From a virus, in the IMG/VR virus record IMGVR_UViG_3300030450_001823, positions 1 through 64,000 of that record: 64,000 nucleotides of DNA. One strand, 5' to 3'. Positions 9,146-17,446 of the stretch are shown here, one piece after another. The number at the start of each line of letters is the position of its first letter. Position 1 is the stretch's first letter. The notes beneath the pieces are model-generated. The model ran no database searches and was not told the DNA's origin. It saw only the letters and a program-made list of their open reading frames with translations. A program made the position numbers and the translations under genes.

Positions 9146-9621
9146 TGTACGCTGTGTGCCATGACTGTGGAGTACAGTTTAGAAAGTTTTCAACTAAAGC
9201 GACCGATAGCGTCTGTTACGATTGTAGAAATAGAGGCAAAGGCTCTAGGAGTAACATTTACAATCAGATGGAGAGGGCGCTAGAAAAAGATAAGGAAAGT
9301 GTAATCAACCGTATGGATTTTATAGAAGAGCGTATGGATTCGATAGAAGACTTGTTAAAAGTATTACACGAAGCAATAGGCGCAACTGTAATACCGATTG
9401 TAGAAGAACAGATGGAGAAGGTTGCCAAGGAGACATTTGAGACACTGGCGCATACGATTTCTGAACAGTCAGCAGGTGCTTACTCAAGGTCTAGGTCGGC
9501 TGTTAATTCAGTAGAAGAACTGAGTACGGTTATTAAGAATCTTAAATCACAGGTCACTCGATTTAGAAACCACATAAATAAATCAGTCATACCGATGAAT
9601 AGGAGTTTGGGTAAAAAATGA
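9142..9621 (+). CDS. Zn-finger plus coiled-coil protein
   Basis: CHDC...CYDC followed by heptad-like helical region. Confidence 0.65.
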   Translation: MMYAVCHDCGVQFRKFSTKATDSVCYDCRNRGKGSRSNIYNQMERALEKDKESVINRMDFIEERMDSIEDLLKVLHEAIGATVIPIVEEQMEKVAKETFETLAHTISEQSAGAYSRSRSAVNSVEELSTVIKNLKSQVTRFRNHINKSVIPMNRSLGKK

Positions 9622-9653
9622 ACCGAAGAGTTCCGGTTATAAATAAACAAGAG
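9621..9653 (+). promoter_or_regulatory. Conserved early promoter motif, copy 4
   Basis: AACCGAAGAGTTCCGGTTATAAATAAACAAGAG. Confidence 0.75.
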
Positions 9654-9681
9654 AATGTAGAAAACAGTTAGAGTTGATAAG

Positions 9682-10002
9682 ATGAGATGGATTAACACAA
9701 GAGAAGAGATGAAAGAATTACAAAAAGAATTGGGTGTAAGACATGATTGGCACGAACCCGATGAGTCGGGAGTAGAAATTATATTTGTAGGTAGAGAGTT
9801 CGACAATGCTATGCCGACATTTGCTGTATCTACTTACGAGAATGGTAGTCCGAAAGAAGTAGTTGAGCCGACCCACCCGAATTACCTCGACCATGTATGT
9901 GAAAACTCAATAGTGTTTCTCAAACATTCTAAACCGATAGCCGCTATCAATGTAGCAATATGGTGTTGGATAACTTGTCAAGGCGTGGAGGTGACGGCGT
10001 GA
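9682..10002 (+). CDS. Hypothetical protein ending GVEVTA
   Basis: 106-aa ORF terminating in junction repeat. Confidence 0.65.
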   Translation: MRWINTREEMKELQKELGVRHDWHEPDESGVEIIFVGREFDNAMPTFAVSTYENGSPKEVVEPTHPNYLDHVCENSIVFLKHSKPIAAINVAIWCWITCQGVEVTA

Positions 10003-10175
10003 AGTGCATACCTAAGAAGAACAGCCGAGCGCATTCTAATACAAGCCAAGTTGATTGGTTGCTGGACATTGACTGTGCTATTTGCAAAAGTCGAACATCA
10101 ATGTGCAGAGTCAAGGTGACAATGGATGAGATGGAAGATTGGATTGCTGAACGAGGCGTGGAGGTGAAGGCGTGA
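9999..10175 (+). CDS. Mini-gene (CxxC) ending GVEVKA
   Basis: GTG start inside junction repeat. Confidence 0.6.
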   Translation: MKCIPKKNSRAHSNTSQVDWLLDIDCAICKSRTSMCRVKVTMDEMEDWIAERGVEVKA

Positions 10176-10321
10176 ATATCGGTTTTAATTGGGCTATGCA
10201 CAGGGCGTATTACATTGACCTACTCAAGAAGGGTTGGCCTCTCAAGGCGGCTTACGACGAAGCGGTTAGATATACTAACGAACAAGAAGCGTTGAGCGTT
10301 ACAAGGGAGGTGACGGCATAA
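10172..10321 (+). CDS. 49-aa mini-gene ending REVTA (not in ORF track)
   Basis: MNIGFNWAMHRAYYIDLLKKGWPLKAAYDEAVRYTNEQEALSVTREVTA*, hand-translated between two repeats. Confidence 0.6.
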   Translation: MNIGFNWAMHRAYYIDLLKKGWPLKAAYDEAVRYTNEQEALSVTREVTA

Positions 10322-10587
10322 TGGGTGCATGGATAGATGAAAAGGCTCGCTTTTGGCATTGGTGTGAAGAGTGTGCTGCCCCGTCATGGTTTCATATGTT
10401 CACCAACAAATACGATGAATACGCCTATTACTTCTGTAATACACAAATTGATGATGAGAGAGTCTGTAACAATGAAAAATACACAATGGAGAATGATGAA
10501 TACTCAGAGGGCAACCATGAGAATGCAGTGCCGTTAGAGATTGAAGGGATTTACGATGATGAAGAAGGCGTGGAGGTGACGGCATGA
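10321..10587 (+). CDS. Acidic Cys-containing mini-protein ending GVEVTA
   Basis: CEEC...C...C; TAATG coupling. Confidence 0.65.
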   Translation: MGAWIDEKARFWHWCEECAAPSWFHMFTNKYDEYAYYFCNTQIDDERVCNNEKYTMENDEYSEGNHENAVPLEIEGIYDDEEGVEVTA

Positions 10588-10799
10588 GTGAACAGAGAAC
10601 ATACGATAGAACATGGGTCGAGATAGAGGACATGCTTGACCGAGCAGAGCGCAAGCAGAACATACACTACACCAAAATGCAGAGGGGCAAGAAGGCCGAG
10701 CGCGTCTTTCATATGAGAAATTACAAGGCACTTGAAGGTGTAGTCAAGACACTGAAATGGGCGCTGGGCGAAAAAGGAATTGAACACCCTTTGGAATAA
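10584..10799 (+). CDS. Small helical hypothetical protein
   Basis: 71 aa, starts in junction repeat. Confidence 0.65.
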   Translation: MSEQRTYDRTWVEIEDMLDRAERKQNIHYTKMQRGKKAERVFHMRNYKALEGVVKTLKWALGEKGIEHPLE

Positions 10800-10805
10800 A
10801 GAGTG

Positions 10806-10838
10806 GACTGAAAGGTTCCGTTTATAAATAAACAAGAG
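10806..10838 (+). promoter_or_regulatory. Conserved early promoter motif, copy 5
   Basis: GACTGAAAGGTTCCGTTTATAAATAAACAAGAG then GAGAGTGATTGAAAATG. Confidence 0.8.
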
Positions 10839-10858
10839 AAGATAGAGAGTGATTGAAA

Positions 10859-11299
10859 ATGAGCATACTATACTTAGATAAGATGCCCGACCAAGCGGCA
10901 AAGAAGTACCCTACGCACATGCTTGACTCAGCCATACAGTCGGTACTATCATCATTCGATGAGGGCGACTGTCTCTATGACTGGGTGCATGAAAGTAGAG
11001 GTAACTATGCTTGGATGGCTATACATGCACAGTCACTACTAGACACATGGCACAATGTCAACGGGTCACATCATCCACTAAAGGATAGTATCGAGACTAT
11101 CTATTACAGTATAATTCCAGCGAGCATACCTAGCGGTATGTTCTCAGCCGTTCCTTTGGATTTACCATACGAATATCGTGCGGTGGAGTTCAGTAACGGA
11201 GAGGTGCATGCCTTGGAGTATGTACCAATAGATGATGCAGTAGAGTTATCGACACTGTACATAAATGATATGAAAGAAGTGAAGGAGATGAAAATATGA
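10859..11299 (+). CDS. Degenerate pyrimidine-dimer DNA glycosylase-like protein
   Basis: MSILYLDKMPDQAAK and WVHESRGNYAWMAIHAQSL...GSHH resemble the MNIFxLD.P..AA / W.R.S..NY.WL..H family; central DKHVVKM and HPC motifs absent. Confidence 0.5.
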   Translation: MSILYLDKMPDQAAKKYPTHMLDSAIQSVLSSFDEGDCLYDWVHESRGNYAWMAIHAQSLLDTWHNVNGSHHPLKDSIETIYYSIIPASIPSGMFSAVPLDLPYEYRAVEFSNGEVHALEYVPIDDAVELSTLYINDMKEVKEMKI

Positions 11300-11460
11300 A
11301 ATACGATTTGGAATACTATCTAGCATTTAGGGATGCGACGCAACGCCATGTAAACGATTTACAACAAATGTTTAACCTTGCGAATAGCCAGTTACACATG
11401 GCTAAATTACAACTTAAAGGAATTGAGGACAGAATAATTAAATTGGAGATGAAACTATGA
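11296..11460 (+). CDS. 54-aa coiled-coil microprotein (not in track)
   Basis: Hand-translated, ATGA-coupled on both sides, GGAG RBS. Confidence 0.55.
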   Translation: MKYDLEYYLAFRDATQRHVNDLQQMFNLANSQLHMAKLQLKGIEDRIIKLEMKL

Positions 11461-11867
11461 ATATGAAAGATTATGAAAAGCAAGCAGAAGAATTGACAAA
11501 ACAAGCACAGAGATTAGAAGCGACCATGCTGACATACAGAATACTACAAGACTGCGTGAAGAATGGATTTGACTTTGAATACTGGCTTGAAGAGGAGACT
11601 AAGACCATTCGTGGTATGTGTGGGAAGAGTGGTATATACTTCAAGGCAGAGAACTACACCATGTGGTTCGATGAGAAAAACGAAGAGGGCTTTGGTGACC
11701 TTGCAGGTCTGAACATTGAGGACATAGACTTGGAAGAACCCGAACCCCCTTCACAAAAAATAAGCGAAACGGATGAGAAACCTAAAGTTCCATTGGAAAA
11801 TGAAGTAGATTCCAGCGGGGCATATCGAGTAGATGTGTCCGGTATTATTGGAAAGAAGGAGGAATGA
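11457..11867 (+). CDS. Hypothetical protein
   Basis: 136-aa ORF. Confidence 0.65.
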   Translation: MNMKDYEKQAEELTKQAQRLEATMLTYRILQDCVKNGFDFEYWLEEETKTIRGMCGKSGIYFKAENYTMWFDEKNEEGFGDLAGLNIEDIDLEEPEPPSQKISETDEKPKVPLENEVDSSGAYRVDVSGIIGKKEE

Positions 11868-12036
11868 ATATGAAAATAACAAAAGCAGAACTAAGATGGA
11901 GCCAACTGATGACCAATCTTGAAGAGGTTGTTCACGCAGCACACGATATGAAAAGAGCAGGTGAGATGACAGAGGAACAGTATCAACACTTCAACAACAC
12001 AGTAGGTAATTTAGAAATGAGAGCGAGGGATTTGAA

Positions 12037-12459
12037 ATGAATTATAATATGATAGCATTAAAGACAGACAAAGAAGGAAACCAGCACACCGAATACTATG
12101 TCGAGGTTGCTGAGAAGAACAGTCGTACATACGCAGTGCGTGGAGTCAACTCAATGGCCGAAGCAATTGCTTGGGTCGAAGAGAACGGCTACGACGCTTG
12201 GGACCAAGACGGTGTCCGTTGTGAAGAGATGGATGGGTGGTGGAAACATCACCAAGCGTACAAACCTAAACCAGCAGGTGTCAAGAAGTATTCAGCGTGT
12301 GCATTCAAAGGCAGGGTACTCACTAAGCCTAGGAACGAAATTGGTTTTAAGCAGCGACATTATTGTGACAACTACCTAGAAGGTCACGAGGGAGGAGTAT
12401 GCCCTAAGTGCGAAGAAGTGCTTGAGAACGGTTACTCACTAAGCCCAAAGGAGGAATAA
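12037..12459 (+). CDS. Hypothetical protein with C-terminal Cys cluster
   Basis: 140 aa, CPKC. Confidence 0.65.
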   Translation: MNYNMIALKTDKEGNQHTEYYVEVAEKNSRTYAVRGVNSMAEAIAWVEENGYDAWDQDGVRCEEMDGWWKHHQAYKPKPAGVKKYSACAFKGRVLTKPRNEIGFKQRHYCDNYLEGHEGGVCPKCEEVLENGYSLSPKEE

Positions 12460-12777
12460 ATATGGCAATGGATAATTACTTACTAAAGGCAGCCCTGAAA
12501 GATAAAGTCAGAGAGGCTTGGATAGACCTATGTATCTCTAACGATATAGATTTCACTAAGCATCATATCTACATGAACGACTACGGTACTAGGTTTGATG
12601 TACAAATGCCTGAGATTATACCCGATGAGGAGGAATGAGTATGGGTAAGATGGGCCAACTACATACGATGCTTAGTGAAGGTGCTGGTGTTACTACTGTA
12701 GCAGACCAGTTACAAGAATGGAACCGTTCTATAGATAGGCGCACTGCAATTGATAACGCCTATTACTTTATGAAACA

Positions 12778-13104
12778 ATGGAGGGAAACAGCGTGACACA
12801 CGAAGAGGATAAAGAAGATGAATTAGACAGACAAAATGCTCTAAAATTACCCTTTGTGTGTAGTTCGGTCTGTCCTAACTGTTACGATGAAGACTTGGAA
12901 GAATATGACCAAGAGGGGATGGCGAGGTTTGGTATGAGCGATACGAACCCCTATGTGATGGTGTTTTCATGCGGTTGGTGTGATTTCTCCGCCATTGATG
13001 AATGGCAACCTCATAGGCATGGGTTACCCGATTGGTTCTTTGAAAATACAGTAAGAAAAAAGAGAGGTAGTGATATTTATCGTTGGCGGGAGGTGACAGT
13101 ATGA
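12778..13104 (+). CDS. Zn-ribbon protein ending REVTV
   Basis: CPNC...CGWC. Confidence 0.6.
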   Translation: MEGNSVTHEEDKEDELDRQNALKLPFVCSSVCPNCYDEDLEEYDQEGMARFGMSDTNPYVMVFSCGWCDFSAIDEWQPHRHGLPDWFFENTVRKKRGSDIYRWREVTV

Positions 13105-13262
13105 AGTGTTGTAAAGAAATAGACGACGATTGGATAGACGGTGATATGTGGCATGATAACCATACTACATTTGGGTGTAGTCATGGAAAACTCTTGGTGA
13201 CTTACCAATGCCCTCACTGTGGTAAAAGAATTGAAAGAGACTTTGTGGAGGTGACGGCATGA
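13101..13262 (+). CDS. 53-aa Zn-finger mini-gene ending VEVTA (not in track)
   Basis: MKCCKEIDD...QCPHCGKRIERDFVEVTA*. Confidence 0.65.
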   Translation: MKCCKEIDDDWIDGDMWHDNHTTFGCSHGKLLVTYQCPHCGKRIERDFVEVTA

Positions 13263-13453
13263 TTACTTGCTATGGAATTGCATACGGTAAAGATGACTTT
13301 TTGCATGTTGATGTTTCTAAGACTGAAAGAGGGGCGAAGATATATGCAACTCGTAACGGCTACACCAAGGTCACAATTAGGGTAGGTTATCACGCTGAAA
13401 TAATTGCCGAGAAGGTAGATGGTAAGTGGCAAGGCGTGGAGGTGACGGCGTGA
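13259..13453 (+). CDS. 64-aa mini-gene ending GVEVTA
   Basis: Bounded by junction repeats. Confidence 0.65.
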   Translation: MITCYGIAYGKDDFLHVDVSKTERGAKIYATRNGYTKVTIRVGYHAEIIAEKVDGKWQGVEVTA

Positions 13454-13563
13454 CACTTGAAATAACAGGGTGCGAAAATTGTAAGCGGTTTTGGTTGAAG
13501 GGTGAGGATTTTTGTCACGATTGCGGGCATGAGTTTGAAGAAAGCGTGGAGGTGACGGCATGA
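13450..13563 (+). CDS. 37-aa Zn-ribbon mini-gene (not in track)
   Basis: MTLEITGCENCKRFWLKGEDFCHDCGHEFEESVEVTA*. Confidence 0.6.
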   Translation: MTLEITGCENCKRFWLKGEDFCHDCGHEFEESVEVTA

Positions 13564-13679
13564 TTTACGAATACTCAAGTGGTATATACTATGACTCGTC
13601 AATCAACATTTTCTTTTTCCTAAACGAACAGGGTGAAGAAGTTGAATGCGACGAACAAGGCGTGGAGGTGACGGCATGA
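13560..13679 (+). CDS. 39-aa mini-gene (not in track)
   Basis: MIYEYSSGIYYDSSINIFFFLNEQGEEVECDEQGVEVTA*. Confidence 0.55.
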   Translation: MIYEYSSGIYYDSSINIFFFLNEQGEEVECDEQGVEVTA

Positions 13680-13975
13680 GTGAAGAATTAGAAAGATTCA
13701 AAGAACAGGTTAAGAAGTTGAAAGAGGAAATTGAATACTTGAAAAGGCAACATGATTGGGAGCATGAAGTCTTAATGTATATAGACGAAGGTGAAGATTT
13801 CTCATATGATAATTTCCTGTATTATAGGAGTAATGCAGGTTGGTGTAATGAATGTGATTCCGTGTCAGTAAACGAACAGCATTTACAAGGGGGTAGAACC
13901 CTTGAAAACCCTAATGCTGATGGTGAATATGAATGCTATTATTGTTGGGAAAAAAATGAGGATGAGAAAGTATGA
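13676..13975 (+). CDS. Coiled-coil plus Zn-finger protein
   Basis: MSEELERFK...; CNEC...CYYC. Confidence 0.65.
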   Translation: MSEELERFKEQVKKLKEEIEYLKRQHDWEHEVLMYIDEGEDFSYDNFLYYRSNAGWCNECDSVSVNEQHLQGGRTLENPNADGEYECYYCWEKNEDEKV

Positions 13976-15975
13976 AGCGAATTAGCATAGAGTTGTACAA
14001 TGATGACTACGGCGAGAGGCTCGGCCTCAAGTACAGTTATGACCCTGACACCAATGAACTGCTCAAGTCGACACTGGGTTTCCCTAAGTTCAAGTGGGAT
14101 GCGGATAGAAAATTGTGGAGCATAGAGAACAAGAAGTATGTCATTAACGAGGCATGTCAGGTACTTGAAGAGTTGAACTACGATACAGAGTATATTCACA
14201 AACACAACGGGACCCTCCCCGAAAACCAGCAAAACAAATCAGAGTGTTGGACTGAGGTTAAGCGTACTAGGTTACACTTGCACTGGCCCTACATTGTAGA
14301 CAGCGAACTGCGTGAAACTGTGCGCCTTGCTGTGCGTAGCATAGGCGGTCGTAAGTTTCATGCTGACAAGAAGTGCTGGTCGATACCTGTCGCACAAGCG
14401 CGCACATTACATTCACTTATTGAGGACTCCTACCCACCTTTGGCAAAGGCTATCCTCAGTAACGATGACATCAACACTGATGTCGCAGATAGTATAGAGC
14501 GAGTGGAGATGAGTTCCGCTGCCGAATTAACCGATGAGCGAGTAGAGTCAATATCCTATAGACTGGATGACTGCTTGCCCGAAGACATGGAACTGTACCC
14601 TTTCCAAAAGGTAGCGGTTGCGTTTGCAGAAGCAAGTAATGGTATGTGTTTGATTGGTGATGAGATGGGAATTGGCAAGACAATATCCACCATAGGTTAC
14701 GCTGCGATTAACCCAAAGGACAGGCCGATGCTTGTAGTCAGCCCTGCAAATGTCAAGTTCAACTGGAAAAAAGAAGTAAGTAAGTGGTTACCTACTGAGA
14801 GTGTGACGGTTATTACCAAGGGTAAGGAAACGATAGAAACGGCTGACATTATCATAATCAATTATGACTTGATGGTGAAGAAGCAAGACGAACTAATTGC
14901 ACTAGGTCCTAAGTTGGTTGTACTTGATGAAGTACATTACCTAAAAAACAGTAGAGCAAAACGAACACAGGCGACTCTGTTAGTAGCACAGGATTCACCC
15001 AAGGTGATTGCACTTAGTGGCACTGCTATTAGCAGCCGCCCCTCTGAGTTCTTCAACACTCTGAACTTGATGCGCCCTGAGCAATTCCCTAACTTTTGGA
15101 ACTTCGCACAGCGTTACTGCGACCCTTGGAACAATGGCTTCGGCTGGGATTTCACAGGTGCAAGTCACACTAAGGAACTCAATGAAAGGATTCGTGACTT
15201 ATGTATTCGTAGACTCAAGAGCGAAGTACTACCTGACCTACCACCTAAGACTCGTACCTTCTTACCTATACATTTGTCTAAGTCTGAAAGGGAGCCTTAT
15301 GACATAGCGCAAGAGGAGTGGGACAGAAGAATAGACGACCACTACCTAAACGGAGAGTCGCTACCAAAGGGTATGATGCTGAACATGCTCAATGACCTGA
15401 GACATATATGCGGGAGAATCAAAGTCAAGTATGCCATTGACTGGATAGGGCAGTATCGTGACCAAACAAAAATGCCGCTGGTTGTATTCACTCATCATCG
15501 TGATGTCATGGTAATGATAGGCGAGCAACTGAAAGCACTAGAGCAGTATGGAAATACCAAGCGAATAAATTACATCAATGGTGACACTTCTTCTAAGAGG
15601 AGACAAGAGTTGGTTGATGATTTCCAAGCGGGCCACATAGATGTACTCATCTGCAATACAATTGCAGCCAAGGAGGGCATCACACTTACAGCGGCAGACA
15701 CAGTTCTATTCATCGAGCGCGAATGGGTCCCAACTGATGAAGAACAGGCAGAGGACAGAGTCTATAGAATAGGACAGGAGAGCCAACATGTACACGCTGT
15801 GTACATATCATGCGCCGGTACAATAGACGAACACTTTGACCGTGTGGTTGAACAGAAAAGACAAGTGGTTAAGTCTGTACTAGACGGTGGAGATGTCGAG
15901 GAACGCAAGGGCCTTGTTAAGGAACTGGTTAGAAAACTTAAGCAAGAGCGTGCTTGGAAATACGAGGTGGAATGA
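13972..15975 (+). CDS. SNF2-family ATPase, SMARCAL1/HARP-like annealing helicase
   Basis: LYPFQ, DEMGIGKT, LDEVH, LSGT, EGITLTAA, QAEDRVYRIGQ; two N-terminal HARP-like repeats (FKWDADRKLWSI; RKFHADKKCWSIP). Confidence 0.9.
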   Translation: MKRISIELYNDDYGERLGLKYSYDPDTNELLKSTLGFPKFKWDADRKLWSIENKKYVINEACQVLEELNYDTEYIHKHNGTLPENQQNKSECWTEVKRTRLHLHWPYIVDSELRETVRLAVRSIGGRKFHADKKCWSIPVAQARTLHSLIEDSYPPLAKAILSNDDINTDVADSIERVEMSSAAELTDERVESISYRLDDCLPEDMELYPFQKVAVAFAEASNGMCLIGDEMGIGKTISTIGYAAINPKDRPMLVVSPANVKFNWKKEVSKWLPTESVTVITKGKETIETADIIIINYDLMVKKQDELIALGPKLVVLDEVHYLKNSRAKRTQATLLVAQDSPKVIALSGTAISSRPSEFFNTLNLMRPEQFPNFWNFAQRYCDPWNNGFGWDFTGASHTKELNERIRDLCIRRLKSEVLPDLPPKTRTFLPIHLSKSEREPYDIAQEEWDRRIDDHYLNGESLPKGMMLNMLNDLRHICGRIKVKYAIDWIGQYRDQTKMPLVVFTHHRDVMVMIGEQLKALEQYGNTKRINYINGDTSSKRRQELVDDFQAGHIDVLICNTIAAKEGITLTAADTVLFIEREWVPTDEEQAEDRVYRIGQESQHVHAVYISCAGTIDEHFDRVVEQKRQVVKSVLDGGDVEERKGLVKELVRKLKQERAWKYEVE

Positions 15976-16226
15976 TGGGATTAACTAACAAAGACAGGTT
16001 TAGAAACTATGCAGAGCAAATACTATTGGTGGCTGAATCGCCACTGCCGCACCATGCGATAAAGGACAGGGTGCTTAATTTACTAGAGAGGGAGGGTAAG
16101 AGTATCTACAGCATGGATAACATACCGTCAAGAGCAATCAGCACTTTGTTAAGAACAGATTCGCAGAAGAGATTTTTAAGAGTCAGTCAGAAACCTGACA
16201 AGTGGATATTGAAAGGAGAGGAATAG
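15972..16226 (+). CDS. Winged-helix (HARE-HTH-like) DNA-binding protein
   Basis: AEQILLVAESPLPHHAIKD...ISTLLRTD...RFLRV...KWIL pattern. Confidence 0.5.
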   Translation: MMGLTNKDRFRNYAEQILLVAESPLPHHAIKDRVLNLLEREGKSIYSMDNIPSRAISTLLRTDSQKRFLRVSQKPDKWILKGEE

Positions 16227-16544
16227 ATGGGAATAGAACATTATGAAAACTTTGTAGCACCGGGCACACATAGAGACGCAACTTCGTTGCTAGTTAAATT
16301 AGATGAAATAATTAGGATTCATTCGCTTCGTGAGTGGGACACCTTTGTAAAGAACGAAGAGTCGTTCCGTAAGGCAGTCGGTGACTTCATGATACAAGTA
16401 GTGAAAGAGAACTTAGATGTAGACACCGTTACTAAAGGTAGCGAGTTCAAAGGCAAGGTAGGTAATTTTCCTAAGTGGAAAGGTCAACCCGGAATCACTC
16501 ATATGATTTGGGAAATTAGACCTAGGGAATTGAAAGAAGATTAG
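16227..16544 (+). CDS. Hypothetical protein
   Basis: 105-aa ORF. Confidence 0.6.
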   Translation: MGIEHYENFVAPGTHRDATSLLVKLDEIIRIHSLREWDTFVKNEESFRKAVGDFMIQVVKENLDVDTVTKGSEFKGKVGNFPKWKGQPGITHMIWEIRPRELKED

Positions 16545-17329
16545 ATACCAAGCCTGTCCTTTAGCCTCTGTTGCTCCTTTGCCTCCCTCATCATCATGGT
16601 ATCAAAGGACTCCATTTGACTAGGTGTACCTTGTTCGTATACCATGTCGGACCAAGGGTCAGCGAAGTCTTCTACATCAGGTAACTTTCTACCAAACTCA
16701 GCGAGAGTTCTTGGCTCTACTTGTATTTGATTCATAGGTCTGAAAGCCTGTTGCTCTCCCATGAACATAGGGTCCATCAACTTAGCACGAGGGCTGTCGC
16801 TGACTCCTACTAAAGAAGAAGGAACACGGCCCGCCCCTGTCCCTAGCCAGTTCTCCGGCTTTATGTCCCACATTTGTGCTGCTTCGGTAAGAGGGTATGC
16901 GTCTGCGAGAGCATTTTGCAAGCCTATACCTTTTGATTTATTCCACCCTTCTTGGGTATAACCAGCAGGTCTGACTAACGGCTCTCCTAGTTCTTGGGTG
17001 GATGGTAAAGGCATACTGTCAGGTCCAAGTGAGCCGGGAGAAACCACCTGACCTGTTGGTTTCCTCATCAAATAATCAGGTATACCTGTCTCCGGGTACT
17101 GTAGATAAGCGGGCCTCTCGCCCAAGAATGTTTCAGGGTACATCTGACCCATAGTATCTAGCGTAGCCATATTACTAAGGCCGGGTCCGTAACCAAACTT
17201 AGTAGCGTCAGGGTTGCCTTCTTGCCCGTACACTGTTCTGAACATACCAGCGCCGATTTGTTGGTCAGGGTCAGTGGGTACGAACGCAGCCTTGAGAAGC
17301 AACCATGCTTGTTCAAATGCTCCGCCCAT
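16541..17329 (-). CDS. Protein-kinase-like protein with AFEQAWLLLK leader
   Basis: IGAGMFRTVY (Gly loop), ATKF (beta3 Lys), WDIKPENW (catalytic loop), KLMDP (Mg-binding Asp); likely start ATG 17329 after a G-rich RBS (track start 17353). Confidence 0.75.
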   Translation of the reverse strand: MGGAFEQAWLLLKAAFVPTDPDQQIGAGMFRTVYGQEGNPDATKFGYGPGLSNMATLDTMGQMYPETFLGERPAYLQYPETGIPDYLMRKPTGQVVSPGSLGPDSMPLPSTQELGEPLVRPAGYTQEGWNKSKGIGLQNALADAYPLTEAAQMWDIKPENWLGTGAGRVPSSLVGVSDSPRAKLMDPMFMGEQQAFRPMNQIQVEPRTLAEFGRKLPDVEDFADPWSDMVYEQGTPSQMESFDTMMMREAKEQQRLKDRLGI

Positions 17330-17375
17330 GTTAACCCCATCCCTTTCTGTCATTTAGTGATTGCTTGAAAAAGGC

Positions 17376-17408
17376 CACTGAGAAGTTCCGGTTATAAATA
17401 AACAAGAA
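17376..17408 (+). promoter_or_regulatory. Conserved early promoter motif, copy 6
   Basis: CACTGAGAAGTTCCGGTTATAAATAAACAAGAA. Confidence 0.8.
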
Positions 17409-17446
17409 AAGATAGTAAATACCTTTTTAGGAAACCAGCAAAACGG

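Larger units (their letters stand above)
9981..10587 (+). repeat. Junction repeat AGGCGTGGAGGTGACGGCRTGA, cluster 1 (4 copies)
   Basis: Copies at 9981, 10154, ~10303, 10566, each containing RBS + stop + next start. Confidence 0.85.
13084..13679 (+). repeat. Junction repeat AGGCGTGGAGGTGACGGCRTGA, cluster 2 (5 copies)
   Basis: Copies at ~13084, ~13243, 13432, ~13543, 13658. Confidence 0.85.

Noticed and set aside
6511-13679. CRISPR array interpretation of the repeats
   Set aside because: Intervals are 100-450 nt, irregular and protein-coding; repeats are not palindromic; the Cas4-like gene is a stand-alone viral nuclease with no other cas genes.
9981-13679. Classical integron attC sites
   Set aside because: No inverted RYYYAAC/GTTRRRY cores or hairpins, and no tyrosine integrase seen.
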